Shown here in pieces: positions 1-15,791 of a stretch of 64,000 nt of DNA (positions are counted from its first letter, which is position 1; every line of letters starts with the position of its first letter). Origin of the DNA: Octopus vulgaris (taxonomy: Eukaryota); contig OX597824.1 of assembly GCA_951406725.2 (NCBI GenBank), forward strand, positions 24,056,001 through 24,120,000, in the 5' to 3' direction. The translations under genes were made by a program, and so were the position numbers. A model generated the notes under the pieces. It worked only from the letters and a program-made list of their open reading frames with translations, searched no databases and was not told the DNA's origin.

Positions 1-293
1 CAGAGGCATACACACCTATACTAGTCCAGACATGACCACTACTTATTAATATTTTCAGATATAATATAAGCGCAGGTATGGTGCTGTAGCTAAGATCTGC
101 TGCGAGTTAACTTCTACAAGAGTCTTTTAATTTCAGAATAGAATTTACAAGACTGAAGGCATTTGTGCGTTGATTTGTTCGAATCGAAATGCACCTGTTG
201 TTATGTCTTGTTATTTGCATTTGTATTTGTGTACAATTTCTCCTTTTTTTTTCCGTCCTTGTTTTCGTATACATTTGCTGCTTTCTTCCAAAG

Positions 294-485
294 AATCTAA
301 TGTTATTAGTTTAGTTTTTCCTTGGAGCTGGCCAGATTATAACAAGCCGAAATTGCAAAATTAATTTGGAACTCGACTCAGGAAAAAAAAGGACTTCTAT
401 TGACCCGTCCGTGTTTTTTCTTGTCCCCCTTTTGTATAATCTGTCTGGATGATTTGTGTTCTTATCCCATTTTTTTGTATTCCTT
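294..485 (+). repeat. Short interspersed repeat family E, copy ending in a (TA)/(TG) tract
   Basis: GAATCTAATG..TTAGTTTTTCCTTGG.GCTGGCCAGATT..AGCCGAAATTGC aligns with 62478-62705, 28770-28905 and 29225-29437(-). Confidence 0.7.
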
Positions 486-493
486 TGTATATG

Positions 494-577
<84 letters not shown>

Positions 578-593
578 CATACACACACACATC

Positions 594-633
<40 letters not shown>

Positions 634-1117
634 CCAAAGTAATCACATAAATGCGAAACCCTAGCTGCCTTTGCAAAGTTTTTGTTGTTGTTTACTTTGT
701 CAAGCAGTAAGGGGAGAGGATTGCTAGCACATCACCCTCTACCCACATTTTCCTATCCACATCTTTACCATCGAGGGCCCTAACAAAATCCGATAACAGG
801 TATAGATGGGAATCTATCTAATTACTTGTCCCCTTCTAAAACCAGGCATAACTTGGCGATCGGTTGTCTCACAACACCGTTCTTTGTCTTGAGTTTACTT
901 GGTAGAGTGTGTTTGTTAAATTGACAAGGTCAAGGTGAGCTCTGATTGGCTGTATGCAAATGAGTTCATTGCTGGCGTCTGGAACTCTCGTTGGTAAAAA
1001 AATTTTGCGTCCGGGATTTGTAAAAGAAGACACTTACTTAATGTGCCGCGCAATGTGATTGAACACAAAACCAAGTAATCATATAAAGTAAGCTAAACTA
1101 CACAGCCATGATTGCGC

Positions 1118-3112
<1,995 letters not shown>

Positions 3113-3701
3113 CATGTTCGTTGTATTTGGTTCATTTGAAGTAGACGTCGCCAAAATTTAGCACTAAATGCGCGAAACAGAGAATTAAGTTTTTCCTTAG
3201 ATCTCATAGGCGCTGTTTTGCATACATACACACACGCACACTCATATACATACACTTTCATGCGCCCGCACACACACACACACACACACATATATGTATG
3301 TGCGTGTGCACATGTGTGCGTGAGGGCGCATGGCTTGGTGGAAAGGGTATTCACTCATGGTCGTGAGATCGATACACGAGGGGAGCGTTGTCTTCTTGCA
3401 CTTTATTCCACGCTGCTCCTATGCACTCGGCTACAAATTAGTCAGTAACCCTTCGCCGGACCAGAATTCCCATCCGGTGGAATATTGCATTTTATCCCAC
3501 CGTTGGTCAATTTACTATATTCAATTCAATAGACTACAGTTGCTTTAACACATCATCTCTTTATGTGTTGGCACAAATCATATTAGACAATAGAAATTTA
3601 CATGGAGGCAAGAGGTTATCAACTGACCGGGGTACGGAGGAAGCAGAGGTGAAAACAGCAGGACTGTTTTGCTTATTTTATAGAATTTGATCTTCGGGGT
3701 T

Positions 3702-4150
3702 AGTTAGTTAGTTAGTTAGTTAATTTGGCTCAAAAGCAAATAGCAAGGACATGTAGGGGGACATGGAGTTAAGTACAGGGTGGTGTTCATGTAAAGAGTT
3801 CAGGCCACTTGAGGTCAAGGGAGGCTTTGAACAAAGCGGTCGTCGGCATCTTCACCATCTCGTCTGGCAGCTTATTCCACTGATCCGCAACCCGGACGGA
3901 GAAAGCTCCTCTCCTTCGATTGAGATGAAATCGTCGCAGGTAGAGCTTTTCGGAATGACCCCGCAGCCGACGCTCTGGAGCAGGAGTGAAGAACAACTCT
4001 TTCGAGAGGTTACACTTTCCGCTTATGATGTTGTGGGCGAGAATGAGATCACCACGGCGGCGGCGTTTTTCTAGAGAATAAAGGTCGAGCGTCCTCAGCC
4101 TTTCTTCATAGGACAAATTTTTGAGACCATGAACCATGCGGGTAGCCATG
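3702..4150 (-). mobile_element. 5'-truncated CR1-type LINE (ORF2 C-terminus, 3'UTR and (TAAC)n tail)
   Basis: ORF 3787-4254 contains LSYEERLRTLDLYSLEKRRRRGDLI...RGHSEKL...FSVRVADQWNKLP, typical of the CR1 ORF2 end; TAGT/TAAC tail at 3700-3721; candidate TSD CGGGGTT at 3695-3701 and 4151-4157. Confidence 0.88.
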
Positions 4151-4157
4151 CGGGGTT

Positions 4158-5250
4158 TGTTTGATGAAGTTATTAAATCGTCCTGTATGATGTTATGTCG
4201 TTCAGGTCTCACATCCACGGAAGCAGTGTGGAAGGCATAACAACCTGACACCAAAACTTTTGTTTTAACCTTTCATCTGTCCCGTGTATTACATGCGATA
4301 CCCAGAATATATTTCCTTAATGTTCATGAATCCTATATGCTACACATTTCTCAGTTTTTTGAACCACCAGATTAACTTGGAACTTATGAAAGAAAAGCTT
4401 TAACTTGCTGGGGAAGCTTTGTTGCCGGCAGATAGCAGCTCAAAAGTCGTGGTCATACGTGTACTGTACTTTGTTTTAAGATGTCATAGGTTGAAAAATC
4501 CTTCATTGCATATATAAAACAAGGGCTAACTAACAGTCTGAAATCATGCATGGGTATTTAGGATAAACTTATGAAAATGTTTTGGACAGGCAAAGGGGTT
4601 CAGTTTTAGATAACTGTTGTAGAAGGCAGGATGTGAGGCGTGCCCAAAGGTTTTTTGGGTAGCCTGCAATTGATTGGTTATATACTCCTTTTAGAAAAAA
4701 ATTTGGGAAAGATGCTGCTGAAAGAGAAAAGAAGGAAACTTCGACAAATTCACCATGGGTAGTAATTTAAGGGAGGTTTTCCTTCTGCGCTGATTTAACA
4801 AGAACATTCGTCTTCGAGATGCTGACAGTGAAACCAAACATTTCATAAGTGTAAACAAATGCATCGGAGAGGATTTGTAGATCGAATTTGATTCAGGATT
4901 CTGCAGCTTTGTCCGACAAACAGCAGCTCACAAACCATGGTCATACGTATACTTTATTTTGTTCTACGATGACATAAATTGAAAACTTTCCATCGTACAT
5001 ATATTGCATGGTTAATCTAGGTTTGGATTCACTGCTGATTTTCATCTGTACTGTAGTCATATATATTGAAACGAAAAATTTTAAAAAAAGCAAGTGAAAA
5101 TATGCAACTTTGTTTAACAATATTGTTCATACCAAAACAAGAAATAAATGAGCATAACACTTGACCTGTCATGATATTATGAACAGAATGGACTGCGTCC
5201 TGGATCAAACATAGGCCGAAACAAGGCGCCAAATGCCTACAGTTCCATCA
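4158..5250 (-). mobile_element. Highly decayed RTE-type LINE reverse transcriptase remnant with internal duplication
   Basis: Minus-strand fragments IVKQSCIFS (GVKQGC-like), FNL..TK..RMT..ELL and DLQILSDAF..FGFTVSISKTNVL; segment 4430-4515 is repeated at 4921-5005; many stops. Confidence 0.6.
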
Positions 5251-6108
5251 GGTACTTGCTACATTCAACCAGTCGGACTCTGTAATCAGTGAAAGTTCCA
5301 CTTTAGTGTTCTATAGAAGTTTAATGTTGAGCACGAGTCACGGCGTTTTCTGACTCACTCTAACATTCGACGAGAATCAACTGGCTTGTCTATCTATTCT
5401 GGAGGACTTTCAGGCCGGCATTAAAAGATAGTTTCCCGAAACTTCTAGCCTATCAGTTCTACCGAGGTGGAGGCAGCATTGCGGTTCCAGTTAAGAAATG
5501 GTGTCAGCTGGGTCTACTCGAAATGCGCGCAGAGCAACGAAACTATGCCCGGGTGTTGCTCACTTGTGCAATTTATTATGCCGGACACCAGATGTCGCGA
5601 GCAGCACGGTTCCGACTAACAGCTGCGTCGTTTGAGAAGACTGTCCCACCGCTTTCCTTTTTCCCGGAAAGGTTGTGTGATGTACGAGGCTGAAAGAACT
5701 AAAGACAGGACACGTTTCCCTTTAGCCTAGCCCTCATCAGTTTTTTTTTTTTTTTTTTTGGAATTTTTACTTGAAAAGTAAAATGAAGGGAGACAGGGAA
5801 GCGTTGCAATTTTATTGGAAACTGAGTGAGAGTGACGAACTACATTCAGTCACAAATCACCAACATGTTGATCTCAGAAAATGTCTGAATATTGCTGACG
5901 TCAAATTATTTTCCATGAAATAGTCGTCAGAAGATATTGCGAATAAATTTTCCCCAAAGTGCGTGCGTGCGTGTAATTTGTGTATGTATATGTGCTTATG
6001 TGTGTGTGTGTACGTGCGTGCGTGCGTGCGTGAGTGTGTGTGATGTGTACGTATACGTTATGTATATAGTTGTTCATACACGTATATGCATATATATGCA
6101 TATATATG

Positions 6109-6205
<97 letters not shown>

Positions 6206-6291
6206 ATATATGTAGATATATATATATGTAGATATATATATATATGTATATATGTTTGTATATATATACATATATATATACATATATATAT

Positions 6292-6322
<31 letters not shown>

Positions 6323-6717
6323 CGTATATATATATATGTATATATAAATATATATATATACGTATATGTATATATGTCTGTGTATATATATATATATATA
6401 ACAATACGTGTTTGGCGGTATATATCTGTGCATGCTGCATGCGTCTATACCTATAGTGTGCTTTTTGTTTGTGTGTATGCGTGTATGCGTCGTGTGTGCA
6501 TATGTGTGTGCATATGTGTGTGTGTGTATGTGTGTGTGTGTGTGTGCGTGTTTGTGCTTTTGTGTGTGTGTATGTGCGTGTGCATGCACGTATGTGTGTG
6601 TGTGCGAACGCGCGTGTAAGCATGACTGTTGGGATTTCACATTCACTGCTCAAACGTCATTTCAAACAGTTTTTTTTTTTCTTCTTTTATAGTATCTCAG
6701 CTAATATTTATTGTTGT

Positions 6718-6817
6718 NNNNNNNNNNNNNNNNNNNNNNNNNNNNNNNNNNNNNNNNNNNNNNNNNNNNNNNNNNNNNNNNNNNNNNNNNNNNNNNNNNN
6801 NNNNNNNNNNNNNNNNN
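6718..6817. other. Assembly gap (100 N)
   Basis: Run of exactly 100 N. Confidence 1.
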
Positions 6818-7923
6818 TTTTTAAAAATTTTTTCTACTTTTGGTATTTCTTATTAGTTTTATTTCTATGTTGCGCCATGCAGTTACCAATAACCGATTCT
6901 TACCCGAAATTATTTAACTCTGGGCCGATAACAACGCGTCGCACATCGCCTGACGATATTTTTACACCCGTCAGGCAGCAGAAAGCAGATCAATATCCTA
7001 TTATGTATTTTCTCACTAACCAATTCCCATCTCACATATCCCACATCCCACTTCCCACATATCCCACATCGCACATAAACTCCCCACCAACAACCCCTCG
7101 CTAAGCATTTATCTTTTTATTCCATTTCCTTAATATCAAGAATGTTCTGAAAGGAAGCTTAGACTAAGAACATGAACAATGCCATTCATATTTAATACCA
7201 AAATATTTTGTGTACAATTTCGATTCTTTCATTTTGATTGTTTTTTTTATTATATGTATCATTTGTATGTGTTGTTGTTGTTGTTGTGCTGTTGTTTTAT
7301 TTTGTTCAGCACTGAATTTTTTTTTATAGATTTTTCCTTTAAATGTCTCCCTTTGTTAATCAACTGTGTACATACATACATACATACACACATACATACA
7401 TACATATATATGAATGTAAGCATGCATATATATATACACGGTAGTAAATTACACAACTGTTGTGGAGACAAATCGATTCGCTATTATTGTGAAATATATT
7501 ACAGCAAATGAAATATTTTTGACAGACAAAAACAAATAAAAGGCCTTTTTTTAATCTATGTGCGTATATGTGAGTGTGTCTACGTGCGTATGCGTACGCG
7601 GAAGCGAGCGCGTGTGTGTATCCGTATGTATGAATGAATGTATGTATATATATACACATGTATATATATATATGTGTGTGTGAGTGTGTGTGTCTGTATG
7701 TATGTATGTATATATGTATTTATGCACATGAAACACATACATATATATATGTATATATATATATATAGGTGTGTGAGTGTATATATATATACACACGGCG
7801 TAAGTTCGATGTCACTGTCAGTCTTATCGTTGGTTCTGTGTGTGTATGTATATATATATATATATATATATTTTTGATATACATATATATATATATGATT
7901 ATATTTGAACACACTTGCACACG

Positions 7924-7990
<67 letters not shown>

Positions 7991-8053
7991 TGTTTATACA
8001 CCCGTCTTCGTCCTTTGTTTTTCTGTAAATTTCATCTATGTATATACATACTT

Positions 8054-8362
8054 GTGGAGGCACATGGCCTAGTGGTTAGAGCAGTGGACTCGCGGTCGTG
8101 GGATCGCGGGTTCGAATCTCAGACCGGGCGATGTGTGTGTTTATGAGCGAAACACCTAAGCTCTACGCGGCTCCGGCAGAAGGTAATGGTGAAACTTCTG
8201 CTGACACTTTCGTCACAGCTTTCTATCACACTTTCCTCATGCATCTTGCAGCTCACCTGGGACAGACCGGCGTCCCGTCCAGGTGGGGAACCTATACACC
8301 AAGGAAACCGGGACACTGGCTCTAATGAACCAGGCGTGGCTCGAGAAGGAACACACAACAAC
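8054..8362 (+). mobile_element. tRNA-derived SINE family A
   Basis: A box TGGCCTAGTGG, B box GGTTCGAATC, (CAA)-type tail; similar to copies at 16720 and 24769; ATACTTGTG duplicated at 8048-8056 and 8367-8375. Confidence 0.9.
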
Positions 8363-8386
8363 GTATATACTTGTGTATGTGTGTGC

Positions 8387-8456
<70 letters not shown>

Positions 8457-8503
8457 ATCTACCTACAGATATTGGTTTGGTCTATATGTACATGGTCAGG
8501 ACC

Positions 8504-8696
8504 CCATGAGAGATCGTTTGCTCTTACACGCATTTTTTTTCTCTCCTTGTTTTTTTCTGTGTATCTTTCTGTCGAAGAGCGTAGGCTCGAAACGTAAAAG
8601 ACTTTTTCTATTTCTATTCCTGAGCGCTATACTAATACATTTGTTTGTTTGTATTCCACCTACCTTCGTCTTTTGTTTATTTTCGTAAACTTTCCC
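8504..8696 (+). mobile_element. Family D short repeat (about 190 bp) containing a hammerhead-like motif; Penelope-like or retrozyme-like
   Basis: Matches 32202, 42057, 59079 and 59508(-); ends at a TA-rich tract. Confidence 0.75.
8564..8601 (+). ncRNA. Minimal type I hammerhead-like motif, variant core
   Basis: TCTTT-CTGTCGA-A-GAGC(GTAG)GCTC-GAAAC-GTA/AAAGA: helix I and helix II pair, ACGT palindromic helix III, GUA cleavage triplet. Confidence 0.6.
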
Positions 8697-8931
8697 TTTA
8701 TATGTACATGTATATCCCGTCTACCCGTCTATCTATATCTATCATCTATCGATCAATTCTCTATATCATGACAGTCAACTCGTTAGACGAGTATGACTAT
8801 ATGCTGGCCCCATAAAGTATATCTCAGCATTACATGCTGTAAGAACGACAATAGCTCTTGAGACCTACAAGCAACTTAAAGAACTTGTTGCAGTATTTAC
8901 ATTTTTTACATTCGACGGATATTTGTCCTCA

Positions 8932-9260
8932 TTACTTACTTGTACTTGTGACGGCGTTGAGCCGGCTTCTCTGTTCCTAACGGCATCACGAACCATAGAG
9001 GCCAACGCTCGAAGGTCATGTGCGAGGTCACTGGAGATAGCAAGCCATTCTCGGTTCTATCTACGCAGACCGAGCACCTGCGGACCTGAGAGTTTGGAGA
9101 GGTCCTCCTTTATCGTCGTCGCCCAGATCTTCACCGGCCCGCCCTTGCGTTTGCGCCAGCTGGGAAGTTGAAGTGAGAGGAGGACATCGCGAATTAGCTC
9201 ACCTTCTGAACAACGGGCCGCATGATCGAACCACCTTAAACGGCGTTGTAGAAGCACCGA
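8932..9260 (-). mobile_element. RTE-type LINE 3' fragment
   Basis: LLQRRLRWFDHAAR...RKGGPVKIWATTIKEDL is an RTE C-terminal signature; CAAGTA-type tail at 8932-8948. Confidence 0.8.
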
Positions 9261-9281
9261 AGGGAGTGGGGCTGTTTGTTA

Positions 9282-9325
9282 ACACAACATTTCGGCTGAT
9301 ATACCCTCCAGCCTTCTTCAGGTGT
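9282..9325 (-). ncRNA. Minimal type I hammerhead ribozyme motif
   Basis: Minus strand ACAC-CTGAAGA-A-GGCTG(10 nt)CAGCC-GAAAT-GTT/GTGT; canonical core, 4-bp helix I, 5-bp helix II. Confidence 0.65.
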
Positions 9326-9384
9326 CTTGGGGAAATTTTGAACCTGGGTTCTCATTCCTAAGATATATTTCGATGTTGTTGTTG

Positions 9385-9431
<47 letters not shown>

Positions 9432-9632
9432 GTTGTTATTATTATTAATATTATTATTATTATTATTATTATTATTCTATGTTTGACTTTTCTTTATATT
9501 TGTACAAGTTGGCTCCAAGTCTCACCCAGAGACCTCAAGAGACAACAGGTTGGAAGTTCATGTTATTATACCTAGTGTGCCATATATTTGGGGGTTTTTT
9601 TGGTGTTGTACTAATGAATGCACCCCAAAAAA

Positions 9633-9684
<52 letters not shown>

Positions 9685-9995
9685 TTTATGATTATTATTA
9701 TTATTATTATTCAGTTTCTAACAGGCCTTCCTGCATAGCTTCTCTGGTGGCTTACCAGGCCTGCACGAAGTATGCATATCCGGCCACAGACTGCACAGAC
9801 AAGGCGAAGAATTGTGGGGGTCAAAGAAATTGTGCTGATCTCACTATGCGCAACAAGTCGTATGTACTTTTGATGGAATGTGCTCACTCAATCATGGACT
9901 CTCTGATTCCACGTTTTGCTATCACGTGATGTTTTCCTACTCCTGTTCTAAAATCTCATACCTTGCAAGTGGTTCATTCAAGGTATCATTAAATT
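9633..9995 (-). mobile_element. RTE-like LINE 3' end with C-terminal Zn-finger and (TAA)n tail
   Basis: Minus-strand translation LVCAVCGRICILRAGLVSHQRSY..stop, followed directly by (TAA)n. Confidence 0.65.
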
Positions 9996-9996
9996 G

Positions 9997-10037
<41 letters not shown>

Positions 10038-10119
10038 TATACATATACACACACACATATATATACATATACATATATATATATACACATACACACACAT
10101 ATGTAAATGTATATATACT

Positions 10120-10163
<44 letters not shown>

Positions 10164-10376
10164 CATTAATAAATATATACATACATATATATATATACAT
10201 ACATACATATACACACACACACATATATATACATATATACATATATATACACATACACATAGTTACATAAATATATATATATACTTATATATATATATAC
10301 ATTATATATACTTATATATACATTATATATACTTATATATATATATATGCATTAATAAAATATATATATATATATA

Positions 10377-10434
<58 letters not shown>

Positions 10435-10691
10435 TGAAGAATTAAAATAGCTTTTTCCGATAATTTTTCCACTTTAATAATTAGACGTTTATAAATCATT
10501 AGGTGTTTACACCTAATGATTTATAAACATCTAATTATTAAAGTAGAAAATTACCAGAAAAGCCGTTCCTATTCATTGTTTCCAACATATAATACTCTAC
10601 CAAGGACTTTCTATCTCTATTTTCTTGTACGTATGCATGCATGTATACATACACACACATATATATATATATACACATATATACATATATA

Positions 10692-10730
<39 letters not shown>

Positions 10731-10913
10731 GTAAATATATATATATTTACAAATATATAATGTATATGTGTGTGTATGTATGTACATATATATATATATA
10801 CATACAAATGTATATATATATATATATATATATACATATGTATGTATATATATATATATGTACATACATGTATATGTGTGTGTATGTATGTACATATATA
10901 TATATACATACAA

Positions 10914-10959
<46 letters not shown>

Positions 10960-11151
10960 GTATGTGTATATATATATGTACATACATTCACACACATATA
11001 CATTACATATATGTATATAAATATATATACATATATATACATACAAATGTATATATACATATATATATATGTATATATACATATGTATGTATATATATAT
11101 GTATAGACATATGTATGTATATGTATACATTCATATATATATATATACATA

Positions 11152-11224
<73 letters not shown>

Positions 11225-11694
11225 CAAGTTAAAGTGCAATATTTTTTAGCAGATTCTAAGCTAAATTCCACGCCTCGTCATTTGCATGGAAACCGTTTGG
11301 CGAGTGGATGTATGTGTGTGGCGAGGTTAAAGTTGGTCTTCAAATCCAACATACAAACCCTATGTACCGTCTCAATGGCAGAACTCCTAAATTATCCGTT
11401 AAACGAAGAATTGAAGGTAAATTATTCATTACGATAATAATACCTGTAATTATCCACTAAACGCATCAAAACACAAGTGTTCCTGATTAAATTTGGCCCG
11501 TGAATATTCACCTGGATGTAGCACGCATGATTGACGACCTTGGTTGACATCACATCCAGCATTGTGCTGCATGGGTATTTATGTGTGTATGTATGTATGT
11601 ATGTATGTACGTGTGCATGTATGTATGTATGTATGTATGTATGTATGTATGTATGTATGTATGTATGTATGTATGTATGTATGTGTGTATGTAT

Positions 11695-11847
11695 GTGGCT
11701 GTGTGGTAAGTAGCCTGTTTACCAACTACATGGTTCCGGGTTCAGTCCCACTGCGTGGCACCTTGGGCAAGTTTCTTCTACTATAGCCTCGAGCCGACCA
11801 AAGCCTTCTGAGTGGATTTGGTAGACGGAACTGAAAAGAAGCCCGTC

Positions 11848-11892
<45 letters not shown>

Positions 11893-12110
11893 TGTGTGAG
11901 TTTGTGTGTCTATGTTTGTCGCCCTTGCATTGCTTGACAACCGATGCTAGTGTGTTTACGTCCCCGTTACTTAGCGGTTCGGCAAAAGAGACCGATAGAA
12001 TAAGTACTGGGCTTACAAAAGAATAAGTCCCGGGATCGAGTTGCTCGATTAAAGGTGGTGCTCCAGCATGGCCGCAGTCAGTTGACTGAAACAAGTAAAA
12101 GAGTAAAAGA
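11695..12110 (+). mobile_element. tRNA-derived SINE family B (internal microsatellite, GAGTAAAA tail)
   Basis: TGGCTGTGTGG / GGTTCAGTCCC boxes; collinear with copies at 30575, 45905, 58371 and 60266. Confidence 0.9.
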
Positions 12111-12389
12111 ATAAATAGTATGTATGCATTGATGCACACATGCATGTGTGTGTATGTATGTAGGCTTGTATAGGTATGTATGTATTTATGTATGCATGTG
12201 TGTATGTATATATGTTTGTATGCATGTATATGTATGCATGCATGTGTGTGTAAGTATGTATGTATGCATACATATGACGCCCAGTCGTTTCATTCCGCTT
12301 GTTGCACATGTACAATTCTAAGCAATGCTAATTTTTTCTCTTAGAAACATCCGATTCAATTTATTAGTAGCTGTCGCTAAAATACATAT

Positions 12390-13497
12390 TAATACCGGAA
12401 ATTTACATTTCTTTATTGCCACGTTTTCACACCGAGATAATCTCTCGAACAGCTAATGTTGATTAGATCCCTTTGAAAAACTAGGCCCGACTTTTACACG
12501 ACATTCAAAGAAAGTTTCAGAATTTTAACTTGTTTAAAAGGGAAAATATAATCCAAAGTTTCTTTGTATTCTGGCCGTCCTGTTGAGTTCGATGAAGAGC
12601 AATTATCCAACTTTTGCACGAAAATTCTCCTGAAACAAGGGAACTGGCAGAGAAAATGGAATGCTCCCACACTGCTATAGAGAAACATCTTCACTCGATG
12701 GGAAAGGTTCAGAAGTATGGAGCATGGGTTCCGCATGCTTTAAGTGACAACAACAAAAATCAACGAGACACAATCTCCGATGGTTTGCTTGCTCGTCACC
12801 GCTCAACTCATGGACACAAGTAACGATTTCTTTACCGAATCGTTACTGGCGACGAAAACTTGGGTCTATACATCAATATGAAGCAGCGTCAGGAATGGCT
12901 TAGCCCCGGTAAACAAGCGACACCGCGCGTGAAACAAGATCTTCATCCGCGTAAAACGATGTTGTGCGTAAGGTTGGGACTGGGAAGGGATTATCCATTA
13001 CGAATTGCTTGAACGGAACCAAAATGTCAACGAGGAACTCTATGTTCAACAGATGAAACGACTCAACACGGCTACTCAAGAGAAAAGACCTTATCGGCAG
13101 CATAGATTTCTTCTTCTGCACGACAACGCCCGGCCTCATATCGCCAATATGACCAAGGAAGCCATTCAAACGCATGGCTGGGAACTGCTGCCACACCTGC
13201 CGTACTCTCTTGATTTGGCACCAACGGATTTTCACCTCTTTCGATCTCTTTCAAATGCTATGCGCGGAGTTTTGTTCAATACTGATGCAGAATTGAGAGC
13301 TTGGCTGGAACAATTTTTCGAGTCGAAATCGAGTGATTTCTACCAACGAAGTATTGAAAATCTTGTTGAACGTTGCGAAGAATCTGTAAACAATGAGGGT
13401 GAATACATTATTGATTAATTAATTGTTATTTTTTTTAATTAAACCTTTTAAGAAAATTAAATTTTAAAAAACGGCAGGAACTTAGTTGCCAACCCAA
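12390..13497 (+). mobile_element. Degenerate mariner (DD34D) transposon with right TIR
   Basis: WVPHAL, VTGDE, LLHDNARPH-(34 aa spacing)-YSLDLAPTDFHLF; in-frame stop at 12821 and frameshifts; terminus ACTTAGTTGCCAACCCAA. Confidence 0.92.
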
Positions 13498-13962
13498 AAT
13501 ATATGTGTATATTTTGTATGCACGTTTTCGTATTTTTTATCTACTCCTTGTAGACTGTGAGGATTGTATACGTGAAGGATAGGTAGGGGTTATGTGTGTG
13601 AGTGAGTTAGTGTATTTATCGATGCTTATCTAACAATATCATAATTGTCAATTTTAATTAACTCACTCGCTATCGAAATAGTTAAAAGATTATATCTAAA
13701 TGCTATTTCCAAGGAAAATAAACGCATAACTTCCATTCTATTTCAAATTAAAGCTACAAGCAGCATTATTAACGCAACAAAATAGTCCCAACAGAACAAT
13801 CTCTAAAAGCGCAAACCATTGATTTTTACAAATTTAAAATACGTAAATAGAAGACATGTTTACAAAAACATAAGTATTATGTTTAATGTTTACTCGTTAA
13901 GTTGTGCTTGATACAGCCACAATATGTGAAGAAATATTTTTCTTTAAAATTATCTATTTACA

Positions 13963-14160
13963 GAGATGTACTTGCATAGCATGTGACCTGATCTGAGATC
14001 GTGTGCTTGAACGAAAACAATTGCAGCGTGGAAGGAGTTTATAAGCCATTTAAGAAACACACAAAAACCCTTAGATTCACTTCAACATTTAAATTTAATT
14101 TGTCAAAATATTTTCGTCGCTTTGAGACCGCGACCTGTTCAGACAAAATTTCGTGTTGCA
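13963..14160 (+). mobile_element. Single arm of the fold-back element family seen at 31841-32178
   Basis: Reverse complement of 31983-32178 and ends at the hairpin centre. Confidence 0.75.
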
Positions 14161-14753
14161 TATCTATTTGCAAAAACAAAATAACTTAGGAAAAGATAAT
14201 GGTGCAAACCTAAAGTCAAATTTGAGACGTTCGAGAACATTTGGATGTGAGAGTACCTACCGATGCGGAAATAATCCCAAGAGAATATTCTCCGCCAAAA
14301 AGCGCGTGCATTTCTGCGTTGTTTTGCTTCGTCAGCAACAAACACCAAATGTTGTCCATCGCAGCCCAATGAGGACGAATTCATTCTTATTAGAACAGCA
14401 TGTGGTACGTTTGTTAATGAGGGTACTGCTAAAATATTGATGCTGTCTATTGCTTTTCGTATCGCTACCGTCTACACGATCTATGTGACTTCCTCAGTCG
14501 GTTAAGTATATTGTCATTTTTATATTGTCATTCGTTAGTCTTTTAGCGCTTGTGATTAATAAAGAAATTAACATCATCATCATCATCATCATCATTGACA
14601 TCATCATAAACAATATTATCATCGTTATCAACATCATCTTTTTCTTCTTCTTCTTCTTCTTCTTCTTCTTCTTTTTCTTCTTATAATTATTATTATTATT
14701 ATTAGTAGTAGTAGTAGTAGTAGTATATTTATTTTTATTATTATTATTATTAT

Positions 14754-14791
<38 letters not shown>

Positions 14792-15125
14792 CTATTATTA
14801 TTATTATCATTATTACTATCATTATTATTATTATTATCATTATTATTATTAATATGATTGTCATCATATATAATCATCATCATCATCATCATCATCACGA
14901 TCACCATTACGATCATCATCATCATTATTATTTCCTGTTACAGCTCTTCTCCGCGTTCTTATATATATATATATACACACATATAAATACACATATATCT
15001 ATACATGTATGCACACATATATATATATATTTATATGTATACTTACACACAGACAGATTGTTATAGCTTTTACATATATATATATATAATATATATACAT
15101 GCATTTACTCATATATGTGTGTGAA

Positions 15126-15179
<54 letters not shown>

Positions 15180-15244
15180 CATACATATATATATATATAC
15201 ATATATATATATACATATATATACATATATATATATATATATAC

Positions 15245-15315
<71 letters not shown>

Positions 15316-15517
15316 CGAAGCGAACAATGTCTCAGAGTGAGGTCCATTGACTTAAAATGATGTCTCCAGACGTGTGGACAGTTTAATGACCAACGGTGCG
15401 ATATTTCACAGCAGGAAATGTGTTCTTCCCTCTCATAATGTTATCCATTTTGTCTTGTGTCCTTTCACAGTTAAACACCGCAATTTATAGACATTAATGA
15501 TGGTCTACCTAAGCAAG

Positions 15518-15576
<59 letters not shown>

Positions 15577-15595
15577 TAAACAGCCAGACCGAGAG

Positions 15596-15650
<55 letters not shown>

Positions 15651-15749
15651 GAGCGGTGTAAGAAAGGGAGTGCAATGGAGATACAGTCAGAGGAGAGGGT
15701 AAGTTTGTATACAAGATATCAAGAAATTATTTTCAGTATGTGTGTGTGT

Positions 15750-15791
<42 letters not shown>

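Noticed and set aside
4430-5005. Possible C2H2 zinc-finger pseudogene suggested by the repeated segment
   Set aside because: The repeated segment matches RTE reverse-transcriptase motifs better
5700-5745. Minus-strand CTGATGA...GAAACGTGTC hammerhead-like cores
   Set aside because: Neither helix I nor helix II pairs, so it was not counted
8057-8130. tRNA-like sequence (also at 16950-17025, 24769-24840 and the SINE B heads)
   Set aside because: These are SINE heads: they continue into a shared body and tail, lie within TSDs and lack a proper acceptor stem
13005-13418. Intact or domesticated mariner transposase gene
   Set aside because: Upstream part has an in-frame stop and frameshifts, and the left TIR is not evident
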